Shown piece after piece: positions 11,728 to 26,771 of a DNA stretch of 64,000 nucleotides. Below the pieces are notes generated by a model. The model was not told the DNA's origin and did no database searches. It saw only the letters and a program-made list of their open reading frames with translations. The number at the start of each line of letters is the position of its first letter. Positions within the stretch are counted from its first letter, which is position 1. Where the stretch lies: NCBI GenBank assembly GCA_020137815.1, contig CM035360.1, forward strand, positions 558,001-622,000, written 5' to 3'. A program made the position numbers and the translations under genes. The DNA comes from Hormiphora californensis (Eukaryota; Animalia; Ctenophora).

Positions 11728-12172
11728 AGCTGAAAACCTAATTTTGAAACAGTGGTCAAAACGAGATGGAAATTCCACCGTGGATTTCAACTCAGACAAA
11801 CTAAGTAAAAGAAGCAAAACAAAATTATGGCTGGTTCGAGTTTTGTTTCTGGCTTCTCATAACCACAAAACTCGAAACCAGGGGAATAGCTAGAAGAAGC
11901 TGTCAGCCCCGCACTAAAATTAAATGCGGGTTGGAATAGAAGATGTCAAACGTGACGTCGTGAACAGAGAGGTAGCAAACTAGCAAAGTAAAATGAATAG
12001 GATGAGCCAACTAACATTTCTCTGTTATATGGGTTTCAAGTTTTGTGGTTTAGAAGTTAGAGAGTTATAGTGGTTAGAAGGTTAGAAAAGGAGGAAAAAA
12101 AATGAGAGATTCAGAACAGAGCGTAAGAGACAAGTTTTAGTGGGAGAAGAGGGTTATGAGCTCAGCAGCTCA

Positions 12173-12175
12173 CTC

Positions 12176-12235
<60 letters not shown>

Positions 12236-12253
12236 GCCTCTCTCTCTCTTCTC

Positions 12254-12331
<78 letters not shown>

Positions 12332-12382
12332 CTCTCTCTCTCTCTCTATCGCTCTCTCCTCTCAGCTCTCTCTCTCTCTCTA

Positions 12383-12423
<41 letters not shown>

Positions 12424-12502
12424 TATTCTCTCTGTCTCTCTCCCTCTCTCTATCTACGGTCTCCCTTTCTTGCTGTCTCGAGATCTCGATCTCTCTCTCT
12501 CT
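12173..12502. repeat. Degenerate (CT)n microsatellite
   Basis: Directly visible. Confidence 0.95.
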
Positions 12503-13590
12503 TGATCAAAGTTATTGAAAATGGGAGCGAAACTGATAGATAGTTGAGTCGTAGCTGAGACTCAAAAAAGAAAGTATGAACAACTCAAATTTAGAATTTA
12601 TAACGTTTAAAATCTCTGGCATTTAAAACTGGCGGACTATATTTTACAGCTTGAGTATTCTCCAGCTTGAGCAGGGGGTTTAGTCTGATATCTTTATCTC
12701 TCCATTTGCGGCTCTAAAGACTTTAGTAAAGTAGAAACTAGAAATGAACCCACAATCTGAGGAGAAATGAAACTATGTGAAACTATTTAGTTTTCTTTGT
12801 ACATCAGCCGCCTTGCTCGACCCTGTTTACAAATGTAAAGGAGGATTAGAACATACAACAATCAGCCACTCATGTAAACCGAGATCCAAACATTATTCTA
12901 CATTATTAAGTGCTTGCCACTTAGACCCAAATAAAGACCTGAGACCTGAGATCTCTTTCTATCCTTAACTCCATTTTCAATAGCATTGATTTCGTGTGAA
13001 CAATGTGAATTTCTAAAAGCTAATGTTTTCATACTACTGACCTTCCGGGCCATACGACAACAAAGACAAAGTAGACAATAAGGTACTACAAAGGTAGTAT
13101 ACAAAGAGTTAAACAGACAAAGAGAGTTGCTGTGTTTTAGGGAGTGCGTGTGTGGTTTTATGAGACCTGTTCTTAGACGCGTCCTCTATAGAGATAATTA
13201 CAGAGGCCTGCTGTTGTTATTAAACTATACTAAAGGCATGCTACATTGTTGTTAGATCATGATTGGGGCCCAACCCTCACGGCTAATGTACTTAATTAAT
13301 CAAAATTAAAAAGGCACGACTGTTTTCCCCCTTTATTGTCGGTAGCGGTTCCATGAAGGGGCTGAATTCAGGGGCGCAGATGGGATGGGTTGAAAGTGGT
13401 CGGGGGCCTATACTTGACGGGAGAGCAATGAGTGGCCCCGGCCGTACCACTCACGGGTATATTAAATTAGTAGAATAAAACAAAGACATGATATGGTTTT
13501 AATTGAAAGAAAGAATCACTCAAATACTACACATCACTTGTAATTGAGTACTCTACAACAAATCACATTAATCTAGACCAGCTAAACACA

Positions 13591-13686
13591 AGTAAACAAC
13601 CAATCAGAACTCGTTATTTAGGTCACGTGACTGGATATCATGTCAGCCAATCAGGGACCAGTATTTCCTGATTCGGTCGGTTCCTG
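13591..13686 (+). mobile_element. 5'-truncated copy of the ~109-bp hAT-type MITE
   Basis: agtaaacaaccaatcagaactcgttatttaggtcacgtgac...cctgattcggtcggttcctg, same family as 48358 and 50802. The left TIR is missing; ctaaaca occurs on both sides. Confidence 0.75.
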
Positions 13687-13940
13687 CTAAACAATCGTGT
13701 GTCTTTTAGTTGGACCAGCCAACTAACAAGATATTATCATTGCATAACAAGATATTATCACCGCATAAATTAATAGCCATCAGCTCGAAATATTTATTAC
13801 GAAAATCCAAAAAATTAAAAAACTATTTTTTTCAACCCAAAAACTTGAGATTATACATAGCTACAATCTCTTTAAATTACAGACGATAATTTTTCTTTAA
13901 AGAAAAAATCATTATTTTTATAAAAAAATCCCAAACAAGT

Positions 13941-16900
13941 TTACGATTTTCGTCGGCCGACAATATGAACCATACTTCTCGATTTGTACTCCACTGAGTC
14001 CAAACTGAGTCCATCAGGAGGTTGTCTAACCAGCCCACTCTCACTTCTAATAGGATCCTGGTCAACAATGGCCCCAGATCCCAACTTGAACACATCACTA
14101 TCATGCGCCACAGCGGTGGGAATGTTTGATAGAGTCCTGGTTGTCATGGTAACTGGAGGCCCCGCAATGGACAGAGTTGAGAGGTCCAGAGATGCGGGGT
14201 GGTAGGTTGAGTGGTAGTTATATAGGTTGCCATGGTGATGTGATCCCTTACACCAACCGTGGAAGATAACTTTACTGGTTGACTCTGTTCTGGAGGACGC
14301 CACAACGGACAAATGGGTGGGAACAAGGAGGTACTTGGAAGATTCTCCAAACCCTGCAGATGAGCCCTTTCCACTTCCACTTCCACTACCACTACCACTA
14401 CCACTACCACTACCACTTCCACTTCCACCTCCACCTTCACTACCACCACCACTACCTCCGCCACTTCCACTTCCCTTTGGGCATTTTACGTTGCCTTGGA
14501 GACCGAGTCCTTGGTACCCTAACTTCTTGTTACCCGACCCTTTATACAACCTGCACTGTAGCACCCTCCAGTCCACATACCCGGACACCTTGGCCTTTAT
14601 GGTCCTGCCCCGGTTAGGAATAAGCAGCATTACCTGATCAAACTTCCTGCCTTCAGGAGGGGACTCTGCCCTCTGTTTCTCTACCCTCAGTGAGCTGAAT
14701 TTGATATACTGCATGGAGAGTTGCTGAACACCATGTACATCTCTGTGCAGCATTACGTAACCAATGTTAGGGGTGGAACGCTGTTCTCCTATAATGGTCC
14801 TCATAGTGAAACTGTTGAAAACATCAACATTCATTTTCAGTTTCCGTTGCTCTGGTGACTTGACTTCAGGGGGCACCGTGCTGAGCAGGGTGGCTGTTGA
14901 TTTTAGGACGGGTGAGAGAGAGAAGGATGAGAGGGATGGAGATGGAGGAGAACCAGCACGAGATCCTGATATCTCTGGAACAAGTTTAGGTGAAGGTTTT
15001 GCTCGTTGGAAGTAGTGGGTTCCGTGGATGAACCGTGTGGTAACCCACCCCACCATCTGAACCGGCTGACTACCTGTCCCATGGTAGAGTTTGAAGGTGG
15101 GTGACTTGTTGGTGTGTTCTGTAACAACTCTGTATCTACCACCACTACCTCCCCTTCCCTTGACCACGCTCCGAGTTGATAGGACCACCTTAACCAGCTG
15201 CTTTACAACTGCCTTCTCTTCTTGGAGACGGGGTGTAAATGCAACTAGGTTGGTTTGACTATAAGGTTTTATAGGAACGATCTTGATCCTTGTATTTGGA
15301 ACAGGGAATTTGGTTGCCCGGGAGTGAATCTTGGTAACCATGGTAACACGAGGACGTCTGAAGTGTGCCGCTCGGAACACAACACCAGTTAACCTATTGA
15401 TACTAGCCATTCCTGTTGTCTTGGCAGGATTTTTCCTGGAAGTTATCCAAGTTTTCCTGCCAGGTATCTTGACAGCCTTGCCCCAGGAATGTTTCATGGA
15501 TCTAATTGTCACCTGCTTCAACTCCACCACCCCACCTTGGAACTCTGAATGCGTTGCTATGGTGTACAAATACTTCCTGACCTTGGTGATCTTAAGAAGT
15601 GTGGTTGCCACGGTTACTAACCGTTTCGCAGGGGCGCCCTTTTTGTGTGAGACAGATACCATGGCAACCCTGATACCCTTGGCAAACTGGAGTCTTCCTT
15701 GGACCTCCCAGGATCGATGTGTGATCCACTTAGTATCAGGTCTGTATGTGATGTGGGGCCATTTCCAGAACCGTCTCTTTGGTGATGTTTCTGAACTGAG
15801 AGTCAGCATTATAGGGACTACTTGTTTCACCTTCATTATCGTCTTTCTGTTCCATCTAGTCCATGCCCTGGCTGATTTGTATTTGTGGGTCACTAAAGAG
15901 TCCGTTCCTGAGGATTGTTTGAAAGAGAACAAGTTGAGGTCTCTCTTGAATCCCAAAAGCCTAGCTAGCCTCTTTCTATCCAGTTTGAACACCCTCCCAG
16001 CCTGTAGAACCCTACTTTCCCCAGCCAGTTGAACTGTAAGATGGTGCGATGTGTGGGTGTACCGGACCCACATTATAGGACCATCATTAATTTCAACTCC
16101 TCCTGTTGTCATAGGGAACTTCCTCTCTACTGGATCAATCAAACACTCCTCAATCCACCCCTCAGTGCGTGTTACTGAGAAGATGTAACGGTCAAGATGC
16201 CGTGTCGCACTCTCACGATCTGTTACCACGACAACCCAGGGGGTGTGTTTAGTTTTCCGAGGTATAACCGCCACTTTGACTGGTTTACCGGCTGTAACCA
16301 GCAGGATAGCAACACGGTGCCGAGATCGGGCCTTGGCGGTAAAGGTTGTCTGGGTTACTGTGACAGAAAAGGAGAGGGTTGTCATGTGGCCCATCTCATG
16401 CTCCTCTCTGGTTCTGATACTCATCTGAACAGCCTGCTTGTGGGAGTAGGTGCCCACCCCGGTGTAAGATTCATCCAGGGTGACAGAAAATGCCAGACGG
16501 ATTCCGGTGTCGGATGCTAAGCGACCCCACTGGTACAGGAAATCTGTTGATTGGACGCCCTTGAAGGTTTTACTAATGATGGTGTAACGCAATCTGGAGA
16601 GTTTGGAATGAAGGGCGTTAGCAACGGTTGCTAGGAATCGAGAATGTTGTGTTGTCATGACATTCACTCTTGTATCCGCACTGTACTCAATAGCCTTTTT
16701 AGGTTCTGTTTCGTAGAACGATTGTAACCGTTTTCCCAACACCTCCTCCTCTTCATCTAACGCGGTGAAATATAGTTTGTGTGTTGCCGTTGAGAACACT
16801 AGAACTTTAATCACTCTCTTCTCACTCCCTGTCTCTCTGACTACCCTTCGACTCTCTATCGTCCCTGTTTTTAGTGCAGTAACGGTGGTATGAGAGTGCA

Positions 16901-19900
16901 TGGTAGTTGTATAACCAAGACGACCAGCTCCCTCCCACCATCCCACACTAAACCTCTGGTGTGTGGTGGAGCCTACTTTCACTCTATAGAAGATCTCCAG
17001 CATCTTTCCCGCCTCTAACTCCGACAGTAACTCCAGGGTGAGAGTTTTGGCTTTTCCAACTTTGTGAGTGTTCACAGCCCGGATATAAGTGATATCGTTG
17101 GTGATACCGAATGTTAGTCTCACGGCCTCGTTACCGCGTGACAGATCACGCGTGAGAACACCAAACCGCTCGTAATTTTGTACATCGGTCGCAAAGTTAC
17201 GCGTTAGTCCCCGATACTCCTGGGAATGTTTCGTTGCTATGGAAACAGTGTTGCTAAGACGGACAGGCCAGAATTGATTCTTATTGTTCGTCATGTAATG
17301 AGATTGCTCCACGTGATGAGGTGCCGTTATCTCGAATCTTGTTCTCATGACAACCATCTGTTTATCAACGGTCAAATGATCACTCGCCACGTAGTTAGCG
17401 GTAACCAAGGCAACGAATTCTTGTACTATGGTAACCAGTTTGTCTGTCCCTTTGTCCCGTGTCACCCTGTATCTTCTCTGAGATGCTACCTTGAGAGAGG
17501 TGATCTGCATTTGGGATGTCAGCCCTGATCTCCAGGATACGAGACTACCAGACACGACACGATATCGATTATACGAACTCTCAGTCGATAGAGTCACACT
17601 ATGGCTATGGAAGATGGTTAGTAGGATGGTGATAGTTTCGAATGAAGTTTGAAATCTTTTCTCAACGTACTGAATCTTCTTGTCTCCTAACGTCTCAACA
17701 CTGTCTTTAGCGACACGAGAGCCCAGGTACCGTTGAGCGGACCATCTCTTACCACCCTCAAATGAAACAACTTCAAATCTCAGTCCCAGGTGTTGGCGAG
17801 TCTTGAAACCTGCTCCAAACCTTTGTTTTTGGAACACCATCTCAACTCGTTGTGTGATTTGCCTCGCTCTCCTATCTCCATGGAGAATAGCTGCGTTGCT
17901 ATGGTGACTGTAGGTATAGGTCAGATGCTTCTTAGCACCTATACGGTGAGTAACTGTTATGTCCATGGTTGTTCCAGCAGTAAATTCACTCTTCCCTACC
18001 ACATACCCAACTAGTACCACTGCACCCTCTACCTCCACCAGAGTTTGAAGCAGCTCGGAATCTTCGTGACGAACTACCAACAACTTCCCAGTTTTCCCAA
18101 CTTTCCTTCTGGCCAGGGTGAACAGAGTTCCGGTTGCTAGGAAACCAATAGTAGCACCTGTACCAGTTGTAACCCTTCCATACCCGTAATGTACAGCGAG
18201 GATCCTCTGAGATACACCAATAATTGTCATCTCGTGTTTACCTTCAACCTCATACTCGCTATCAGCAGCATGATGCCACACCTTCTGTAATGTCTTCATT
18301 GCTGTATCTACATGCCCCGTCTCCATGGTTACTGCTCGGAGATGTCTGGAGATGCCCCATCGTTTCCTGGACAACTGGTCTATCACTAGGAACCGGTGAG
18401 TCATGAAATAACGATATTGGAAGGAGACTGTAGTTTTACCCCGTATAGCTTGTGTGCTAAGGTATAATCCCTGTCTTTTGTAAGTAGTGAAAGTTGTAGT
18501 TTTATGGTTAACGGTCATGTAATGAGACTTCTGTTTAGTGTGTTTATCCTCCGTCTTGTGTCCTGTCCTCAAGATTATCTCTCTGTACTCAATAAGAAGA
18601 GAATCCCTTGTCTGGTATTGTTCAACTAGCACAACACCATAAGCGAATGCCTGGAGGACCCTCACTCCAACCCTCTCCTCCTCTCCAGCCAAGACCTTCC
18701 TGATGATCTGGGTAGTATGGGCAGTGATCCCAAAGTCCCATACTCTCGTCCTGTACCGGGTCTGGACACCCCTCTCCCACCATCTAGCTCTACTGTAACT
18801 TGTATCGGAGGTGGTGACCCCGGTAGTAGAGTGGGAGAGGGTCTGGACATGGGCTGCTTCCAGCGAGTACTGGTATGTTACCATCCAGAACAACACTGCA
18901 GTGTGAAGTTCAGATGTTGTCAGACCATTTTCTGTTATAGTTTGAACCTTTTCCAACCGATACGCAACGTGTCGATCCCGTGCTCCACCAGCCACTGCAA
19001 GGAATATATCAATCTTGATCTGCCTGAACTTGAAAGCGATATTGAGCCTCTGAAGGATCACCTTGGTAGTTGTATCAAGTTTGGAGTGACGTGTGAGATC
19101 TCGGAAATGATCCCTTACTATAACCCTGTGGGATGAATCAAACTTGGTCTTGGTGTGGCGTCTCTCCGTTGCTATGGCAATCACAACTTGACTCCATGAT
19201 ATCTGTTCTAACTCCACACCTCTCACTCCTTCCCAGTGTTTCACAAAGGTAGATTTCCTAAAATCTCGGACCACTCCCAGGAAATCATCCTTCCTGTACA
19301 CCACATGAATCTTGTTTTGATGCTTCACAGTTCGATGAAAAGACAGCATTAACCTCTCCACTACAAGCTGGTACATCTCACCCTGCCTCCGGGTTATATG
19401 CCGTGAGAGACGTTCAAACTCACGGACAGATCGGGTCACATATCTGACATGTGATCTCTTGAGAGTATGACCAGGTTCAGTTGTAAATGTGTATTGAAGG
19501 ATAATCTCTTTGTACCCAGTAAACCGCTCAATGACACCACTCTCATCCTTCCTAACTGCCACCCCTGTTCTGTGCCTATCATACACTATGATACGGGTCC
19601 ACCTGAACGTGTCAACTGTAAAGGGTGTCACATGGAATTGACGTGGTTGGGTTCGTGTGTATTTGTACCGTTGAAGGTCGACAATAACTTTGCGGACCGT
19701 ATCGTCCCGGTAACGAGATTTCACCACTTTTGACTCTGTGATGGGGACCTGGCGGGTGAAGAATCGAAGGGTGTGCCGAGGCTCAATGGTGTATCTGGAT
19801 ACCTTGACTTGGGGCTTCTCGAGTTTATTGCTGATTACTACAGTCTCTGTGTTCCTCTGTCTATCACTTTTAACCGTCATTTTACCGGTCACATACTGAA

Positions 19901-22900
19901 GATGGAGGGTCTCCCTACTGAATGTAACTATCCTGCGAACCACTCTGAAGTGCTGATGAAGTTTGATCCCCCTGTAGGGGTCCTCTCTACTTTTCTCCCT
20001 AGTGGTAGTAGACAGGAGGTCCTCTTCAGGGGATATGTTGGTGCGAGGAGGAGGGGTTGAGATAGAGGCCGTTAGATGCAGATACGGGGGAATGTCGGTG
20101 TGATGTGTGGTAATTGGGTGGAAGTATCTCTTCCCCACCATGTGTATAACGGAACTCTGCACGTGTGATGTCACGAAGAATGCCAACATCACAGGTATAA
20201 CCGGCTCCATCTCCCCAGACATTCTCCAAGTTAGCGTCATGGCTGGGGTCCGGCTGCTATCCAACCTTGTTCTCCCCAAGACAACCTCTCTCACATCACC
20301 AACCAGTTTGATCTTGTTGGGTCGGAGGATGCTGGATCCAGGTACTGCTGGTAAGATATATCTCCTGCTGTAGAATGAGAGGGAGAGGATGTGGGGTGGT
20401 GTCCGTCTGTACCCCGTCCTGATATTAGGTATGGTGAGTTGTCTTGTTATTACCAACACGTCCCTCTGGTAGGGGTTATGGACTAAGTGGTGGACTCGGA
20501 AATTAAAGGTTGGATCCCAAGAGATATGTCCCTGGGTGACCACTAGGAGCCGCTGTGTGTAAAGGGTGAATTTGATGGGTGAGGCTATGAACCGACCAAC
20601 TAGAACTAAGTGGCGACGTTTAGGAGTAGCACCTAGCACTGAAAGCCGGTAAGTTAGAGTCCCTGGCCGGTAAGTTCCTGGTCGGTAATATTGAGATCCT
20701 GGTCGGTATTTTTGAGATCCTGGCCGGTAGAACATTGAACCAGGCTGATAATTTTGTGTTCCATGCTGGTAAGTTCCTGGTCGGTAATTCTGTGAACCTG
20801 GCCGGTAATTCTGTGAACCTGGCCGGTAAGTCTGTGAACCTGGCCGGTAAGTCTGTGAACCAGGCCGGAAAGTTTGTGAACCTGGCCGGTAAGTCTGTGA
20901 ACCTGGCCGGTAAGTCTGTGAACCTGGCCGGTAAGTCTGTGAACCTGGCCGGAAAGTCTGTGAACCAGGTCGGAAAGTCTGAGATCCAGGCTGGAAAGTC
21001 TGTGAACCAGGTTTTGCACGGTCTGGTGGTGACCCAACTGACTCGCTTCTCAGATCGGGTCCCCAAAATGGCTGAACAACTATCTCACTATACGCCACGT
21101 AGGAGAGAGTGTGGGAGTCAATAGTAGTTGAATAACTAGTTGGTATTGGGGGGAGTTGATCCATAATAATCCTAACCCATATCCTCTCCCAATATATAGT
21201 CATGGTGACGGGGTGGGAATCATAGTACCCAATCAGAGAGGGATACTGGGGCAGGATAGTCCATCTCATTCTCCAGGTGAACCTTTTCAACCTAATGACG
21301 TCACGTGGCCAATACGTCACACCCGTCCTATAGTTCATGTTATAGTACGTCATGAAGATGACAGGGTCGAAGATGTAGAAGGGGTAGTTCCAGATGGTAA
21401 AGGTGTTTAGTGTTGGCATGGACCAGGAGTATGGACCCCAGAACCCGTGTATACAAAACCATCCAGACCGCTTGAAGATATTCAACTCTCCACTATCACT
21501 ACTAGGTAGACCAGGGCACTGGAATGTTGGGGATCGGAGTGTCCGGGGATGGAACTTGGTGGTCCGACATGGGCCATAAGACCCCCGAACCGAAGATCTC
21601 ATTTTGGTTTTGTACTGCCTGTGAAGGAAGTGAAGCGTGGAAGACAGCTCCATTCTTGGTGTGAATCTTTGTCGCTTAGTAACCGATAGTAACCGCCTAA
21701 CAACGGCTGTTGCTGCGGCATCCAGCCTGGCCACCTTTTCCTCATCTTCTGTTGCTTGGGCAGCCTGTCTGATCCTGGTTATCAGGGACCTACTATGGAA
21801 CTTCCTAAATGTATGCCTCCTCTCGATCCCAGGATCTCGTGTCCGAATCATGGGAAAGGTGACCAGTCTGACTATCCCAATAGTAACCTCCCACCTGACC
21901 ATCTTCTGGGCACCTGTTTTGAGGCTGCCAACTTGGTGGAGATGGGTCAGCTCCCCATCTACCACGTACCACGGTCCAGGGATGGAGAATGAGGTTAGAT
22001 GGACACGTGGCAATAAGGGCATGTTCCGTGTCCACCATGTCCTAACCCCATACCTCCGACCCAGTTCCACCTCAGGGTTCCAGGTTGGTAGAGTGTGGAG
22101 GGTGAGGTCTAACAATACGACCATACTGTGAGAGTTTTCTGAGACTGAGGCAAGGATGGGGATCCATTGGTAGACAATGTGTACCACTGCAAAACTCCAT
22201 TGACCCGTGTATCGCTGCTTTAGACTCATTGCTTTCACACTGTACACAGACAGTTCTTTGTCCATATCGTTGGATAGCTCAAACCGGCGAGTTGTCTCTC
22301 CACCAGCGATAACTTTGCAGTTTTTAGAATCCTGGACCCCAAAGGGAATGCCATTTATGTTGCTCTGACCACAATTTTTATACAAATGGGAAATGGCCAT
22401 TGCTTGCATTTTAATCTTAGCACTTATTTTCCGTCTTGCGTGAAAGTCCGCCGATATGACTTGTGACGTTAGTGCGGTGAGTTTACGGAATTTGTGCTCC
22501 TTCATAAATCTCATCATCACCTTGGTAACAACAGGGCGCTTCCTGTGAGCTGCCAGTACTGTCGCTGCCAGGCCCCGCTGTTCAGTGTAGAATGCAGCTG
22601 ATGAGAAGGTCACGTGATGGTACATCTTCACATCAGAGTGCATTATAAACACTATTCTGTGAAGATTGAGGGTGATAGCAATGGTCTGGGAGACTGGGTA
22701 ATCAGGTGCTGCGGTGATCTGGGTGATCCTCACCATCCTAATCCTCCTAGTTCTCTCTGAACTGACTCCATACCACATATTATCCCTTCTACTATCCCAC
22801 TGGGTGAGCTGGTGACGCTCCCAGAACGAAGATTGGGTGTTCCTGATGCGGTATTTGTGTTTGATATCCATGAAGACTGTTGCCATGGTAACGTATTGAC

Positions 22901-25900
22901 GGACATTGACCGTTACTAGCCGGGGAAATGTCTCCAGCATGGTCGTGTAGCCATGGTAGGTGAAGGAAAGGACTTCATCCTGAGTGGATGGGTAGGGTGT
23001 GGCAAGATAGCTCCTCTTACAGCGAGACAGCCCTGTTTTTGTAGAAAGGTATTTTGATGAAGAAGTAGGGAACTTGTGTCTTGGGTCTCTGAGATAGGAT
23101 GGTGGGTAGCCGTACACGTGAGACACCACACAGATAGTGTGAACTTGTTCTTTCTCCACAACATTTGATGAATCTTTTTGATCACTACTTCCAGACGTGT
23201 CGTCTTGATCAATTACTTGGTAACGATTTTTTTCATTTTCATCATGATCATCTTCTTCCTTAGACGTCATCATCATCATCACCCAGGTCGTTATCACCAC
23301 TGTTGAGATTCTTCATTTTGGTTAACATCATGGCTCTCATCTACTCCAACTTTACCATCTTTCTTAGTTAGTCTCATCTCTGGTATCCTCAGTGTCGGAG
23401 CTGGAACCAGTCTCACCATCCTTAGTGCGAGTTGAGGATTCAGTCTGATATCCATCCTTAGAGCTGGAACTAGCACTCTCATTGTCTCCAGAAGAACTAG
23501 AGGCAATCTCACTATCCCCTGTACCCCCTAGTAAGGAACTCTCACTATCGTCACTATCCCCTAAGGAACCTCTACTCTCACTATTTCCCGAAGAACGTCT
23601 ACTCTTACTATCCCCTACTTCCACGAGCACAATCCCCACAGTGGTAGCCACCACTTCAGCCCCTCTAAACCTCCTCTTCCTCTCCCATCCTGTACCCCAG
23701 ACCAGTTCCACCCCAGGTAACTCACCCCTCTCCACCACACTACCCGTCACAATCACATGACTCTCCTGCGACATCACAGTAGTTTGTGTGACCTCTGCCA
23801 CCACTCTAGGTGAACCTAAAGCCACAGTTCTGAGACTCACTCTCCATAACTGGGTACTGACCACCCAGCGGCGGTGGAAGGAGAGTCTGTTAGCTGTCCT
23901 GGGTACCAGGTGGATGTTATGGGAGGTGAGACCTAGTTTGGACATTTTAACCCGGACATCGTTTAGTAGAACCATTGCGGTGATTCTGACTCGGGGTCTC
24001 CTGATCTCAGAATCAGGCCACAACATCTTATCAGGGAAGTGTATTTTAGTAAACAGGAATGATTCTAAAGTGTGTTCCATCATCACCATGTTCCCTGGAC
24101 TGTTCTGACCCAACTTCACCCGTTCTACCACTCCTAATGTGTGGAGATGGGTAGAGTGGATCGATACAGCTAACTGCTGATGTCTCAACAGGATCCGTTT
24201 GGAGTTCCCCGACCACACAAGATGGACAGATTCCTCTGTTAGGTAGCTGTGTCGAAGTAGCGGCCTACAACCCCATTTATCCGCATCTGTCATTGGTTTA
24301 TTACTAGAGCTCTGGTCAGGCTCCCTCCCTATAACCGATGTGGCGCTATCCCGTGGATCTCCCAGCCCCACATTCCCGGGCTTCATTGGATCGTAATCCC
24401 TGACACACACAATCCCGTGAGCCCAGATCTGGACCCCGACCTTCCTCTCCATTATCTTCATCTCCCTCTGCCACTGGGTCACCGCCTGCCGCTCTGATAC
24501 CACAAATACAATCCTGTGTACTGGGTAAATAGCGGGTACTTCACCATAAACTAGATCTTGGATGGTTGGAAAAGAGCGGTGTTCGACAGTGACCGCTGTG
24601 GGAAGGACTCGGGCAAGAGGGTGCCAGCTGTAGGAAAGAAGGGTTGCTAGTGAGAGGATATTCTCCCACACTCCAATAGATGTGTAGAGATAAGGTTGAG
24701 TTGTTGGGAGGAGGGTGGTGTGTGAAATACCAGATTTTGGGTGGGATATTACTCTCGGATGCTGGACATGTTTTAACCCACTTGGTTGGATGATGGTTCT
24801 AGGTCCATCCCAAAGGTCCATCATGGTCATCTCCCTCTCAACAATGGACCTCATCTGGACACCCAGCCCCACAAAGCTATCCCAGTTCGAAGTGGTTGGA
24901 ATTACTTGTTCCCAGGGGGTGGCGAGGGTGAAAAGAGAGGATAATTGTCGGGTCTCCACCACAAATGTAATAAAGTTAATATGGTGGTGTATGGAGTTGT
25001 GGATACCAGATATCATGATAGGTCGACCCACCTGGGCCAGCCCAATAGACCTGACCTTATCACCCTCACCTTGAATCAGCATTGGTATTGCCATGGTAAC
25101 ACGGGGAATTGTGTCTGTTGCTATGGGATACAGTGCATCTGGGCCCCAGTGGAATCTTTGGGAGAAGGTGTGATGTAGCGGTGGACTAGTTACACCTACC
25201 CAACTACTCCTGGTTTCCAGGGTGGTTGCTAGCACCAGATACCCCACTGTCCTTGTTCTCCTGTTTACCACGCTCTTGTGACCACTAACAGTTAACAGGT
25301 GGTGGTCAGTGTATCTGTGGGTTGAAGTTATGGGCCGGGTCTGACGTTCCAGCCCGTATAATGTGATTAGAGCTGTCCCTGGGAACTCCCATCTCCAAGT
25401 TTTGGGTGGACTGACTCTTACATAGATGTCTTTAGAAACCTCATTCTCGGAGTATCCAGCCCTCTGAATGGGAGGGAAGAACTCTCCAGTAACATCAACC
25501 ACTCTAACTCTCTTCTTATGTTCCTCCCCTGCAAACACAAACTTAGTATCACCATGGTGATTATACGCCAGGGATGTGTCACCATGGTGACTGTATCTGT
25601 GGAGGCGGTACTCGTATCCTGCAGTATCCATGACAACCGCGTGATCCGAGAATTGGAGAACGGTGTCACCAGAGCGGGGTGATAAGGGGTGTTTATTAAA
25701 CGAGCCTGGGTGTCGAGACCATGGCTGTTGTTGGTAACCATGGTGATAAGGTCCTTGGTAACCATGATGATGATATCCTTGGTTACCATGGTAACCAGGT
25801 GGTGATCTTAATGTCCAGTTTCTAGGATCTCGATAGAAAGTCGTCCTTCTGCTGTGGCTGAAATGTGTAGTTGTAGAGGAATGGTGTTGGCCATATCTCC

Positions 25901-26771
25901 AGTCGGTACTACCAGGATGATGGTTACCATGGTTACTGAATTGACGGTTACCATGGTTACTAAATTGATGGTTACCATGGGTACCATGAAAGCCAGAAAA
26001 TGGTGTCTCACGATCAGAAGACCCTTCTCCTCCAAACACTAACTCTGTATCTGATGCTGCTCTGCTACCACCCTGTAATGATGATGCTCTGCTACCACCC
26101 TGTAATGGTGATGATGATGATGATGCTCTACTGCTACTATCTCTAAATTCTGACTGAGTTACTGATGCTGCATCTTGACCTCCTGTCTGTCTGAGCAACC
26201 TGGCATCTTCCCTAAAATCTACACTTTTAGTCCTTGTAGTTCCTCTAACTGCAGCTGATCTTGATATGTGAGGTGTATCGGAGGATAATTCCGGTTCAGA
26301 ATCCGGGGTCTCCCGTAGCAACTTGGAACTCTCCCCAAACACTAATTCTGTTTCTCCAGATCCAGGCTGGCCTCCATTGTTGTCGTGGTTTTCAAACACA
26401 AGCTCCGTCTCTTTGGCATGATCCTGAAAAAGAAGGGTTTTAGCTTGCATTGATACCATGGGCAATGCCATTGGGCATTGCCGGCTGTCATGGTGGAAAA
26501 CACTGCTATTTAATTGCTATTTAATTACCTGTTCTCTGTTGTGATGGCGGCTGTGAAAGTTATACTGGGCATTCACAACACTCGCTACCACTAGCAACCT
26601 GAGAGGGAGGGTTGTTATGTTCAAACCCTTCTTTACAGAAACACAGTATAGCTAGGCAAGGGGAGGGAGGGATTATAACAACAGAGGTTGAGAGGAATAA
26701 ACAAGAAAACAGATGGGATAAGAGGTGGCGTCACATGACATTTCAACTTACACTAAAAACCAATTTTTCAT
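13941..26771 (-). CDS. Giant secreted basic beta-rich protein, paralog A (~4,190 aa)
   Basis: Exons 26771-26752 (MKNWFLV), 26598-26529 (LLVVASVVNAQ...REQ) and 26423-13941. The last exon covers ORFs 23364-26471 and 13941-23300, bridged by frameshifts at ~23280-23370 in an acidic linker. Contains a signal peptide, His/Gly/Tyr tract, CIHGFWGPYSW core, RPGSQTY repeats and a GS linker. Confidence 0.8.
20645..21014 (-). repeat. Coding 21-bp minisatellite encoding (R/Q)PGSQ(T/N/K/Y)(Y/F) heptads
   Basis: Tandem gtctgtgaacctggccggtaa units, about 17 heptads including degenerate ends. Confidence 0.9.

Noticed and set aside
12140-12518. SLSLSL/ERERER ORFs here and at 8019, 50247-50556, 53473, 57868 and 61674-62175
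   Set aside because: These are translations of GA/CT microsatellites.
20654-21124. Coiled-coil-like alternative-frame and antisense ORFs (VHRLTGQ, SVNLAGK) and a CRISPR-like appearance
   Set aside because: These are other frames of the 21-bp coding minisatellite. There are no unique spacers or cas genes, and the context is eukaryotic.
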